From Tubiluchus corallicola (lineage: Eukaryota; Animalia; Priapulida): DNA of 64,000 nt. Below, piece after piece: positions 51,193 to 64,000 of this stretch (its first letter is position 1; each line of letters opens with the position of its first letter). The translations under genes and the position numbers were made by a program. Under the pieces are notes generated by a model. That model saw only the letters and a list, made by a program, of their open reading frames with translations. It was not told where the DNA came from and made no database searches. The stretch spans positions 62,001 to 126,000 of the forward strand of contig JAQGDQ010000517.1 of assembly GCA_030141605.1 (NCBI GenBank). The letters run 5' to 3'.

Positions 51193-52420
51193 AGATAGAT
51201 AGATAGATATTTTATTTCTGAAAATCAAATTTCGAACATGAGACTTACACACTCGACGCATACCCGATGGTTTTATCAGCGGGCAGAGCTCGGGTAATGA
51301 TTTCCAGATCATACTAACAATTTGACTCAACATAGCACAAGGTATATATACAGATATATAAATTTAGTTGTAAACTCCGTGAAGCGAAAAAAACCATTTA
51401 CTAAGCATTTGTACACATGTGATAAACAAATATTTTACCTATATGATAATCACAGTGATGCGGTTATGTGTCCGCTAACAAAGCTATACTATTTAATTCA
51501 CAAATCTATGCATACAGTCGTAAATGAAATTTCCAATTGACATTAATTCTCCATCAAATAAATTTGCAATATTACTATAATTTAACGCGTACAGTGATCT
51601 ATAGGGTGCATTTTCATGGCACTCGCACAAAAAAATGCTCTTCTGTCTGAATTTCTCCACAAAGACATAGCCTGCGCTCACGAGGTACATTTGCCCAACG
51701 ACCTGTTTCTATAGCTAGATTGTGTGATAAGACCCTTATTCTTGTTATGATTATACGTTTGTGCTCAGGTAACTCTGTGTTTTGGGATTGGGATTTATTT
51801 CCAAATAAGTCTTGCATTTTGTACGATCAGAAACTCGGACATGAGTCTTTCGTCTCTCTACATCTGTCTGTACATGATCCGTTGTAGTCATAACACTGTC
51901 TAAATATTTGTATCCCTTTGTTCGTGCATCTTTACATAATTTCTATACCAACATAAACGGGTCATCCGTCATAGCGTGACGCTGGCTTACCAACTTCGAA
52001 ACGAACTTTTTTTGTACGTTTTTTACCCTCGCTTCAAGTGAGGGCATGCCAAGTTCTAGCAAGCAAACGTCGTTTGTAGTAGAAGTACGAACCCCCAGTA
52101 GAGCTTTAATAGTAGTGCGGTATGGAACCTCGCCAATACGGGCACTGCCACGTATCCAGGCTTCGCACCCATAAAGTATGGACGAGAGCAATGCAGATTC
52201 TAGCACCTTCCGTTTTATCCAAAATGGAAAGTCAATGTTCTTGGCTACAAAAGAGACAAATTTCATCACGTGTGGCTGCTTGGATTTAAAATGTTCCCTA
52301 ACAGCAGCATCGGGCGATCCATCTTGAGTAAAGACAGCCCCCAAATAAGTGTAATCATTGCAATTCAGCACACACACATTGTTAACTACAAGTTCCACTC
52401 TGTCCGCCAGTAAATACACA
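51193..52420 (-). mobile_element. 5'-truncated L2/Crack/Daphne-type LINE with frameshifts and a (CTAT)n tail
   Basis: YTYLGAVF..LLSSILYGCEAW..LLGVRTSTTNDVCLLELG and RVLSHNLAIETGRW..RLCLCGEIQTEEHFF; AATAAA followed by tatc repeats at the 3' end. Confidence 0.9.
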
Positions 52421-53136
52421 ACACTGACACGGCATTACAAAATAATAAATTACGTCAATTTGAAAAATATTTTTATAGCTAAGTTCATTTAAATCTATAA
52501 GCTAAGTTATATGCATGCGCGCAAATATCACCTTCAAATATTATTTGTACCAAGGATATTCTGCCATGTGAGCCTGGACAGGTAAAACGATTATCTATCT
52601 GTAGTTATCTACCGGAAATCCTGTATGACAACGTTGGGAATAGGCAGTGAAGGAAGGTAAAAACAGTAACCTAGGTATTTTGTCGTACCTGCCGGAGTTT
52701 TACCTGGTCGGCTTCCTCCTTTTATCCATTTTGTTACAAAGAACTTCCGCAGAAGAAAAGCAAGATAAATAGCGCATGCAGCAATGGCCGGTGATTAATT
52801 GCTGGTGAAAAGAAGCAAAGTTAAGATTTCTCTGACGCACCTCTTTTTGTTTACTTGCTTGTAAATTATTTTGTCTGATTACTAGCCTTTTTCCTTCCTC
52901 CCGCCTTACTGACTAAAGATATCCCTTGAGGGTTAAGTGTATGTACTAAACGCATGTTAAGGCACCACATGAGACTCCTGGATCAAGGTGACCAAATTCA
53001 GAGCTTTTGTAACTCCAAAGCCCGCGCAGACATAGAACTAAATTTCCAATTTATTTTTTCTATATTGTGCTGGGTTAATGGCTCAATGGATACGCATACA
53101 TTAATTATGTGGCTGGCGTGTAACTGCGGTAGGTTC

Positions 53137-53173
<37 letters not shown>

Positions 53174-56100
53174 GCTACAGGTAGCATCTCTCGTAAAGCT
53201 TGTCTGTGTATAAAAGAAAAAAATATTGTTAGAACTGTATCCTAATGCAAAATACTTCCAATGAAGTTTCAAAGGTTGGCCTAGCCTTTCAAGCACGTTC
53301 CTGATAGAACAACCTCAGGTTTTACATTAAAAGTAGGACAAGGCTTACTCTGCACCATTATAATATGCGTTTGTGGATAAAATACAGATGGTCAAAGTAA
53401 CAGCGTAAAAATCTGGAAGAAGACTAGATTCTATACCATTAATGTGGGAACCGTAATTCATTGTGAGACAATATTGTTTAATTTTTCATGTAGGCCTATT
53501 CTATTCATCTTTAAATACTGACAGAACAAAAAGCAGCAGATTTCATAACTTGCGGTTATACTTTTTTCAATAGACCAACTCCCCTGAAAAGCAATGTCAC
53601 TTGATGACCGACCACAGTTATTAATTAACAGTATCATAATTAATTCAATTAAAAGGTAGGTTTACAATCAGGTAGGCGATTTTCTTTTATTACTTTGTTG
53701 ACGTCCTCAAAATTTAGAGGGTAAAAGCAATTGTGCAAATGCATGCAACACAATTATGAGCAAAGTATAAAGTTACAGGGCATGTGAGCAAAACTGAATT
53801 TTCTTTTGGGTATTTTTGTTGGCCCTGAAAAGGGCCGGTGTGTTAATTTACAGCCGTTGAGAATCGAGTCTACTGTTCTGATTGACATCGTCATCATCAC
53901 CATTTTTTTATACATTGCTGTTGCTGATTCCATCTAGGCGAAGCGTAAAGGACGAGCAGCTATGTCAAATGCATACTGGTGATAATAACACAACAGGCCG
54001 TTTACCGTGGACAGTTTCATCTTGTATTGCGCCAATTTGTTTCCTTGCGCGACGGCTCTCTGGCGGTGAATGTGCAACTCCCTCACAATCTCCTAGAGAA
54101 CTTCAACATGTGTACAAGCTCGTTTCAATTTAACTAAATTCCACTTTCGTGCTGCGGTAAAATAACTATCTACTATGAAAGCCATTGCTCCTGGTTTCCA
54201 GTTTTCCATTCTGCTTATACTTCGGCACGACGGCCCAATAATACATGGCAGCATTGGCAGGCACATTTACTTTTACAGCAGTGTGACTAAGCACACGCAT
54301 TGTCTGCAATAAGGATGCATAATGTGATAACACAGCGGGAGCAATTAATCAACAGTAGATAATTAAGGCAAAGGAAGGTCATTAGGCATAATCCATACTC
54401 TAGCAAGTTATTGTACTGCCGTTAAAGGCCTGAGTATCGTTTGCATTTACGCCTTCAATAGACTCATTGGGTTGCGATGTCACGTAACCTGGATGCATGT
54501 TGTCGCGTCTCGATCGCGTAGAAATTCTCATTTATTATGTAAATTCCAACAAAAATGCAGGGACCTACTAACAGCACATAGAGTCCGTTTGCGATCAAAC
54601 AAGTTTTCCAGGCCCAGTTCTGTATTTGGGATATTACGAAAACAAAATAAGGTTACGCAGATGCACAGAAACAATTTACTAGTGTACATAACGATTTAGG
54701 TCAATCCTATGCGGAAAGTGGAGATGCTTTTGTTTTATCACTAACATGCAGTGCATTAGTAAAATATTTTCAAAATGTTAAAGTATTCTAACTGATCAGT
54801 AAAAATTCATTCTGTTTAAATTCATTTTTGCCACGTAAGGTATACATTTGGTGACCTGACAGGCATCGCACAGGAGATGTTAGATTCGCGAACCCCTGTA
54901 CAACACACAACTTTTCATCTAGCTTACACTTTTCTGACATGTTTCGTAAATGATCCAAGGACTGTTAACGAATAAAATAATCTATGAAAAAAAAGTAACT
55001 GTCCATTCACTAGACTGTTACACTAAGCTCTCATAACCTAATACAGGATGGCACATAACCTTTTGGTGCATTACGAAAGCTACGAGCAATATTACCGAAC
55101 AGTATTGCTTCAACGTATTGCTGAAACAATACAAAATCTATCATACCGTTTTTATTGCGGTAGTATTTTATGAGTATGTGAGGTAGTGGCTACTGTATAT
55201 ATGTAGCAGTTTTTATTTTGTGTGTTGATATTATGGATTTTTACCAGGAATAAAGTGCATCTTGTGTTACCTTATACCCTTAAAATTGTGTGAAAGCGCC
55301 TGGTGCCTCGTACAGCCTGCAATCTTGAGGATAAGGCCAAGCAGGGACCTGAAAATTCAAGGATTGTCTCGATCTAACTGAACCCGCGGAAATTCACCGG
55401 ACCTCAATCCCGTCCAACACACAGTAGATGTACTGAAAGTCAAAGTTGTCGCTTAGATGATCCAAGAACATTCATTGATCAGTAATTAACAGGCAAGCTT
55501 ATAAAGTATGCAACATCTGTAAAGTGTGTTGGGTGATAGGCTGCTGCTCTGATCGTACTACTCAAGACTGCAGGCTATGTGGAGAAACCCGAGACTGTCA
55601 CGCTAATTTTGAGGGCACGATAGATTCGCTAATGTTTCGGCAGCATTTTGAAGTAATGAATTGTTCGGTACTAGTACTAGTTGTTTCTGCACGCCCTAGC
55701 AAAAAAGATTACATATGTACCTCAATGTACGTGTATGCACGAATCATTTTTGTGTATTTTATGCTGATGGAGTAGCTTGTTGTTCATTTAGTCAACAACT
55801 AATATTCCCCTACATGTGTGCAACTAGCTTTCTCAGTCGTGTGCAGTAATACACGTTATATTTTACATACATATACAGTATATATAGGCCTACATACACA
55901 CCCAGTACATTAAGTCTTGTACATTCTATTCAGTACTGAACTCCAGCAAATATTTCCTGTAGAATTTCAACGTAAATTACTAAAAGTACGTTTCACTAAA
56001 CCGTTTTCTAGCAATTACAATGTATTTAGGCGCAATATGCAAGACTGTATTATCAACTCATAAATATTACATTTTTGATGCACTACGATTCAGCTTAGTA

Positions 56101-56308
56101 GCAGTTTTCACATTTAACATCATAAAGCAGGCAGAAGCTTTTAGGTTAACCGTACCTTTGAGAATTTCGAAAGGTTCGAATTCAGTACAAAAAGCAGAAA
56201 ATACAGTTATTCCGCGACAGTTACATTAAAAATGCACATTTTCGACATAGATGCAAAATATAGGAAAGGGAGAGACGGGGGTGGGGAACTGAAAGACAAA
56301 CAGACAGT

Positions 56309-56353
<45 letters not shown>

Positions 56354-58009
56354 CTCGAAAGAGAGGAAGGAAGAGAAAGAGAGAGCGAGAGACAAAAAAA
56401 AGCGGCCTGGAACAGATCTACTCCCGAAAACAATAGACATAAGAACGAATCCACGGATAAACAAACATCAAATTATCACCCACTCACTAACCTGCCAAAC
56501 TCTCAAACTAACGAACCAAAAAACTAACAGCATTTATTCGGAACATATTCAAGTGAAGATAAATTTATTATTGCAAAGTTGACTTTTAAAGTCAGTGGAA
56601 CTCTGTAATCAACATCTTTTACACATTTCTGCAGAGATTAGCAAAATGCATTAGCGATGTGAGTATTTAAATAGTCAAACAATAAACTCCAACAGTCGAA
56701 AAATAATAAATAAGTCATCAGTATTTAAGAGGGCTGGAAATGTAAACAAATCAAGCAAGTCATAAGTTTCTATTGCTGAAAGTCATAGCCCTCACATAAC
56801 ACCTTAATAAGCACCTGAGCAGAATAATACAAATTTATGTATCTTGCCTTACCTCTGGATAATTTTGCATTCATTTAAAAAGACAATACTGCAATTCCTA
56901 ACTTAAAACAGAACAAAACCGGCATTTAGAACTTCTTTAACAAATTTCAAATAATCTTATGGATTGACAATTGCAAACTAGATATAGCAAACTATGTAAT
57001 TCACTTTCAAGCAATGTAGAAACTAGGAAGGCATCTATAAATTACCCATTTACAACAGGCATTTTTGTTCAGGACGCTCCACAATGGTAGAAATTCAACA
57101 GAGCGCAATTGTGTTATTTGTGCTTGTTTCTCGTCATTTGTTTTTATGATTCACACTTCGTCACAGCTTTAAGCAGCTACATGCTTCTTTCAAGTCTTAT
57201 TCAACGTGAACACTGAACAGTAAATAGAATTTTTATAGTCAAAGATGACATCATACTCTGCAAAAATCGCTCTGCAGAGACCGTTATTCACACAAACTTC
57301 ACTCAGCTATGAAATGCAATAGACTACTTTCTAGTCAGAGCTGTTGCCAAGTTGAAAAAAACAAATGAGTGGGGACCAATTTTACTGGCTTCTAAATTTA
57401 TTTTCAAATTACTTTCAAGTACCAAGTTTGTTAATCTGAAAGTAAGATCAAAATTGAAAAAAAAATCATTATTTAGCAGTACACCAAGGCAGTGGAACAG
57501 CAAATCAGAAAACTTTGGCGTCAACGAAGCTGAAAAATTTAAATTTATTTATAACATGCAATTTTATTTGCAAAAACGTTTTTGAGTATACCATACGAAA
57601 AATACAGAATTTTCTCTAGAAACAAACAGGATAGCCAGCTAAGTATTGGATTAATCCCAGAAACATTTTTACTCCTGGACACTGTAAAATTTACAACATC
57701 TTTTGGTTGTCATGAAATTAGTTTTCCCTATGAACCAGAATTTCTTTTCCACAACAAAAAGAGAACACCAAAAGATATAGTAAATGGTAAAAAGCATTAT
57801 TTCAGAGGTCTAAATGGGATTTTTGGTTACCAACCTGTTAAATGGTTCAGTGCCTAATCTTACAGATTATCCTTGATAATAAGATAGGTTCTAGTCGTGC
57901 CACAAACAATATTACGCCCACTGGACTCTAGCTCGTAGAGTGTCACACTGCATAAAGAACAATAAACAGTATACTCTGACTAAACACTAAACTAGTACAG
58001 TAAAATGTC

Positions 58010-58374
58010 TCAGCTGTAATAGCCATGTCTGCCTTGAGAGCCACCTCCATACTGCTGGTATGTTCCTCCTTGACCGTAATGTGGCTGGTTATATCCACCT
58101 CCTCCTCTTGCACCTCTTCCTCCTCCATAGTCACCACGTCCTCCTCTACCGCCACCACCATGGTAACCGCCACCCCCTTGATAGCTTCCGCCTCCTTGAT
58201 AGCCACCTCCTCCTTGGTAGCCGCCACCTCCTTGGTATCCTCCTCCACCTTGATATCCTCCTCCACCTTGGTAACCCCCGCCGCCTCCTTGGTAACCCCC
58301 TCTCCCTTGATAGCCACCACGTCCACCATCCTGAAATCCACCTCTTCCTCCACCTCTGAATCCACCACTACCAC
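58010..58374 (-). CDS. FAM98A: FAM98 last exon, RGG/YQGGGG low-complexity tail
   Basis: Acceptor ttgttttgcag|; true frame GGSGGFRGGGRGG...(GGGGYQ)n...GGSQGRHGYYS*, which is not a frame shown in the ORF track; phase matches the exon ending at 61742; AATAAA on the minus strand at 56569-56564. Confidence 0.88.
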
Positions 58375-59379
58375 CTGCAAAACAATACTTTGAATAGAAC
58401 GAGTACTTCCTTTATTTTCTACTGCACATTGCTTAAAGGAAAATCGGAAATGACATTATTCAATGTCAAATTCAATGACCACTCCAAGGCAAAGCTGGCA
58501 GTTATAGATATATGCTAATTTTTTTTAATAAATTTATAACAGACTTCACATCTGACGACTGCAAAAAACTGCAAGGTCTTTAGCAATTAGTAGCAGAATA
58601 TTACAGAAAAGTAGGTTTAACAGTTTCTACAAATTATAATTTTTATTTTTATTTAAATCATATGAGAAGAGGTGATCATTAACTGTCTTCCAAAGTTTTT
58701 TCAATTGCTGGCATTGCATAAATGAAGAACTTTGCTTACTATAAGAGATGAACTTAAAAAGACACCATTAAAATATTATATTAATTGCGATTGCTAGTTC
58801 CATTTTAACATAGATTTTACTTAATTGGATCGGTGTAGTGATTTTGAGGAAATATATGTTTAATGAAAAAATAACTTGCCATTTTATGTACTGACCAATC
58901 ACTAAGGCTAGGCAGGACACAGTAAAAAATTCCAAATTCTTAAAATAGCATTTTAAATTATCCATTTTCAAAATATTGCAGTATCCTACTTTCATACTCC
59001 AGCCATTCGTTTTTAGGACTGTCATCATCAGTATCAATACATTGTTGGTGTATAAACCTTTTTATCATTTCAGATTTTATTATAGCTATTTCATGGCTCA
59101 GAGATAAAACTCAATTCAATGGGAATCGAATGAGATGACAATAACAAACATAATAGCTTATTATTTGACTAATAAATAAATAAAAACTTCTTTTGTTCAG
59201 ACTTCTTTATATGTAATTTTTTTAATGTGAAATGCTGATGTGATTTCAGACAAAATAAAAAACTTGATATTTAACAAGTTTGACTTGAACTATTGGTTAA
59301 GGGACTCACTGAACTCAAGATCATGGATTAGAAATTGAATTTAAGATAGCAAATCGAAATCAATCAATGCAGAATTGAT

Positions 59380-60500
59380 TTTAACATAGTCCTGTAGAGG
59401 TTTCATGATGATCTATTGCGAATTGGTGGAGCCTTAGGCTTCTCTTTTGAATGATGTTATTGCTGCTATCTAGAAGTTCCAGATAGCAGATTAAAAACCC
59501 GATCCTGTCAAATGATGTGGAATTTGATCTAGTATAGTTCTATAAATTTCATGAAGACCCATGTGAATTGGCCGAGTCTCAGGATTCTTTATAGAAATCC
59601 AAATCCATTAGTTTATGAGAATTCTCTTGTACATGTGTGTATAGTTTCATGATGGTCTACTGCAAATTGGCAGCGCCTTAGCCTTTTTTCGAAAATTATG
59701 TTTTCACTGCCATCTTGAATTCAAAATGGCAGTTGAAAATCCAGTTTCGTAAATCAATGTAGAATTTGTTCTAGTACCTTCCTGTAGAGTTTCGTGATGA
59801 TCTACTATGAACTGGAGGAGCCTTAAGCTGCGTGATGCGTATTGACTGTTTCCATGTGTCTGTAAATGCCACACATATTAATAAAGCTCACGGCGCTCTT
59901 TCCGCCATTTCTGATTGTTACTCGTGAAAATTGCAAGCAATAATTTTTGGAAATTGTCTTTGTCGAAATTTAAGTGTGATAATTACAGCTGTGGCATTAG
60001 CTTATTATTGTGCTATTAGACAACAATTCTAAAGAAAGCACAGGTTTTGGGTGCACAACATTCAGCAGTGGAAGGAAAATACAAACAATACAGCCCGTAT
60101 TATCATTTAGTGAAAAAACTCCAGTTAGATGCACAACACATTACATGATTCTTCCACCTCTCAAAAACTCAAATAGAAAAAACATTATTGTTTATACATC
60201 CTAAAGTGACCAAAACTCACTTAACTAGAATTTTCAGAAGCTAAACAGCGAAAATGGTCACCGGAAACTTGAAAACTCGCTATAATCACCTAAGCAATGA
60301 GGGTTTCCTGTCTGCATATTGCTGCGTGATGCGTATTCGGACGATAGCAATCACATTCGAATGAATACGGATCATGCATCACGCATTACGGATCACTCAT
60401 CATGCATTATATACACAAAGAGTCATACCTTTAGGCTTTTTTCTAAAATTATATTATTGCCGCCATATTGAATTTACAATGGCGGATCGAAAATCCAACT
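59380..60500 (+). mobile_element. Helentron-like tandem array in the FAM98 intron, with a nested ~605-bp insertion (59826-60430)
   Basis: About four tttcatgatgatcta..gaattgg..gccttag units with gccatcttg..aatggc hairpins; the unit sequence gagccttaggc is split with TTA duplicated (59823-59825 and 60431-60433). Confidence 0.55.
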
Positions 60501-61741
60501 GATGTTTCTTAGCCTTGACAATGAGTCTTAGCCTTAGGCTTTCTTCAAAAGGTCACCCCCGGCAACAACAACAAAAGAAGAGTAGAGATTTGGGTTGAAC
60601 TTTGACCAAAGCACACTGACGATTCCAGCTCACAGAACATGTATAATAATACAAATACTGGTTGGTTATCTATGCTAGCCACATATGCAGATTTACATTA
60701 CCTGCCACATATAATATTTAATAGGAAAAAATCAACATGGTTAATATGTTTAAAATGAATAGCAGTAGCAATGACGACTATGAAGATAATAATTTATTTT
60801 CACGTGCAAAAAGTTATTAAGGTTTTAATAGAACAATATAATACTAGCACAGCCAGAGTATCTTTTGTTGACAATTTTAATTTAAAGCATCAGCATTATT
60901 GTATTTCTCCTCCGTCATCTTGAAACTAGCTAACACACTGACGATGCGTAGGTAATTTCGTGTGTTTTTCACTGTGTCATATTGCAGGTTATTGTCTTGA
61001 AAGTCATTAGCGGGTTAAAAACAACCATTATGCTTGTAAAAAATTGTAAAATGTGTAGTTCCAGAAGGATTACAAGTTGCAACTTCTGTAAAACTACTCT
61101 GCCATTTTCTACAAGCATTAGTTGCAGAAGATTTGCAATCAGAGGCAAGAAAAATTGGGAAATTATCAGAAGACGAAAGACGTCTGATTTCTTAGTGATG
61201 ATGGACTGTTATGATGACACAAGCACAGGTGAAACATGAAGAAAAATCACAAAGATTGTCTGAGCTGAAGAGTGATTAGAAAACGAAGCAAAGCTAAAAT
61301 TTCCCTCTGTGAAGTACCTTTTTTCAATCCGAAAGAACTGCATGATTAGTCTAGTTCTAATAGTGTAGAAATGCAGTTCTAGCATACATTTGGGGCATAT
61401 AATCTAATCACAAATAATAACATGAGCATTTGAAAACTTGAAATGAAAATAAAATTCATGATTGCTATAAATACAATGTTCTGAAACAAAGACTAAATAT
61501 AGTTTAAAAATATTCCAAATAATAACAGATATAAAGTAAGGTGTGGGCCAATACTACATGAAAAAACATAAATAAACAGAAAAATAGGAAATAATTGCTT
61601 CAAGTTCTGGTCACACCGCTCTGATCAAGTTAGATTAGGTTGGATCAGGTCATGGATAGGTCAGATGACCCTACATGAAGTGAGATTAGATTAGATCAAA
61701 AATATATTTCACATTCAGTTCACATTCAAGCATTTCTTTAC

Positions 61742-61820
61742 CTGCTTCTCTTTTTTTAAATGATGGCATTTCGGGAGGTGGAGGTTGCGCTTCATATGGG
61801 CGACCGCCTCTATCAGGAAC
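61742..61820 (-). CDS. FAM98A: FAM98 penultimate exon VPDRGGRPYEAQPPPPEMPSFKKREA
   Basis: VPDRGGRP...PPPPEMP signature of FAM98A/B; cattttttag|...|gtaaag. Earlier exons were not found in the window. Confidence 0.9.
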
Positions 61821-64000
61821 CTAAAAAATGACAAAACTGAAATTTAACATTTATTTTTATTTAGTTGGATTAGGCTTTTTATTGAGAAAGACGATATATA
61901 AATGATCTAGTTGAATGACACAAAATGTAATCAATACAAACTGAAGAGATAATGAAAACGTGTAAAATAACCCAGTCAGAAAATGTTACATGAATTACAT
62001 TTTACTAAAGTAACTTAGATGGTCGAAGTTTTTAATTTTAACTATCTGAGTCTGTAATTAGACGAGAAAGACTCCAAAATATATTTCTAAATATTGGCCG
62101 GGAAAATGTCAAGAAGGTCACCTTGGTGGGTTGTATAATAAGGGCTTGTAACAAAAGATGAATGTACAAAAAAGTCTACTTTATAACTGAGAAATTAGGA
62201 ATCATTGCATAGTCACTGTCACCTTGAAAGCTTGAATCTGACCGAATAACAGTTTGAAAACAATTTTATCTGAAAAATGCAAACTGTTTCAAGCTAACTT
62301 GCCCTATTGCTTAGGCAAACCAACTCATGGTAAGAAGTACGAATTTGAGTAATGTGGCAAGACTTCAAATTGAATCTTTTGTCGTGAACTGGTTCGTCTA
62401 AGCAATTTTGTTCTAACCAGACAAGTTAGCTTGAAATGTTTTGCAGTTTATGAATCATGAATTGTAACTTTTCACTGGAATTCCAATTTATTAAATGCTT
62501 TACGGGCTCTTAGTTGATGTCAGTGTATATACAAGTTTTTTGATTTAGGAAAGCCTTTCTATTAGACATTTCTTAGAAAAGGAAAAGTTGATTTGCTAAA
62601 TGAATAAATATTAGCTTCAGTTTTCTCTAATATATATATACAGTATTTACATATAAATATATCTTCCAAGAATTTCTCTGCAAATCATACCAGGCCCAAT
62701 CTATTTCCGTCTCTGACGTTAATTTTAAACAAGAAAAAATTACTTACTCATACAGAACATAATAATAAGAAAAAACATTTTCGTGCAATTTTCACTAAAG
62801 AGAAGATGAAGTTGAACAATTGATTAAATGCAAGTGCACTTTTGGTCCACTTGTCACTTAAAGTTTCGTCCAGGTCTGTCCAATGCACATGTAAGCCGGT
62901 CGTTAAAAACAACACTGTGGCCACAATAATGTCAATATACTAGATGATACACAATTAACACATTCACTCATATTTCTGCATTGCTGTCCATATTGCTATA
63001 TAGTCAAGTAAAAATTGCATGCAATCATTTCACTGTTAAAATCTAAAAAAAATAGAATACCGACATAACTGACTGCGTCTTAGTCAGTAACATTTAGAAC
63101 TACATGTATAATGCTGAGTATGAATTTACCCAGTAACTTGTTTAACTACTTAACCAAAACACATAAGTAATAAAACAAGTAAGTAAAAGTGGGCACAGTA
63201 TCAAACCTTGTATGACACCCTCAGCATTCTAAAACAACAGTTCACTGATATAAAAAGGTGAAATTTCTGTGCACTGGAGAGTTGGGTAGAACATTTAAAT
63301 GTATAGAGGTTGCACCCCAGGGATATACAAACACAAAATAGCACTTCAGTGTAATCTTGATTTTTCAAAGTGTCAGATCTCAAGTGAAATCACTGCCAAT
63401 GGGATTAGTGGGGACAAGCACAGTGAAATAGTGCAGTTTACTACGTGCTTAAGTTTAATCTTAATGAGTGCTGATGGTATAGAGAAATGACAGTAATCTA
63501 CCAGAGTAATTTTTAAAGTAGAAATTCAAAAGGCATAGAAGTAATTAACTTTGCATCTTAGCATACATTAATTCAGAAAATACATTACAGTTTTCTGCAG
63601 TATACTGCAGGACTTTTTTATGTTATGGAAACTCAGTACAATTTAAATAAATGAATGCAGCAGCTAAAAACTCCCTCTACGAGAAGCATAGGCCTCTAAT
63701 TCTTTAATAAATATTAAACAGTGACTTAATAATATATAATTGCCCTAACATCTGACCTATAAAACCAACTATGAAGACTAATGTGGATGGTAACCATATA
63801 GTGCTAACGAAAAAGCCAACTAATATCCTCATAAGCGCTTACGCAGCTTTCTCATTCTTGTTAGTAAAAGATATATTCAGGCATAAGTCCCCTTTTGTTA
63901 AGCTAGCAAAAGCAATCATCAGCAATGCACAGATTAAGTGAAGACGCAGGTTTCTACACAAAGGTATATAACCAAACGCCATTCATACATTCAGAATGTT

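Noticed and set aside
53822-53837. GGCCCT-GAAA-AGGGCC GNRA hairpin
   Set aside because: An isolated 6-bp stem, probably part of a decayed repeat; no larger RNA structure seen
57943-58393. ORF-track proteins rich in V/E, S/T or H/L
   Set aside because: Wrong-frame and antisense readings of the glycine-rich FAM98 exon

Overview
AT-rich, intron- and repeat-rich animal genomic DNA, probably from an invertebrate (taxon is inference). It is not prokaryotic, and most ORF-track entries are spurious. Spliced genes reconstructed by hand: (1) the last exon of a DUSP10/puckered-like MAPK phosphatase (+, 3105-3415), surrounded by several perfect CRE and AP-1/ARE sites; (2) a multi-exon, Cys-rich uncharacterised gene on the minus strand (exons 12175-12111, 10886-10772, 10436-10324, 10112-9873, 9739-9723; motif DDDNCDCLSTLSMGHGMC) whose 5' exons I could not fix; (3) a complete 3-exon NNMT/INMT-family methyltransferase (-, 16189-14897, 251 aa); (4) an 88-aa secreted six-cysteine precursor with a predicted C-terminal amide, resembling a neuropeptide or toxin (-, 26045-25779); (5) the last two coding exons of FAM98 (-, 61820-61742 and 58374-58010). 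Mobile DNA includes an internally deleted CR1/L2-type LINE with a 2A StopGo-like motif, an intact-ORF RTE nested in an older LINE with an 11-bp TSD, hAT MITEs, foldback-type repeat arms, 5S- and tRNA-derived SINE remnants, a probable Academ remnant and a helentron-like array. I found no wholly new multi-gene system. The best novelty candidates are the six-Cys peptide, the uncharacterised DDDNCDC gene (possibly hosting the methyltransferase in an intron) and the 2A-bearing mini-LINE.
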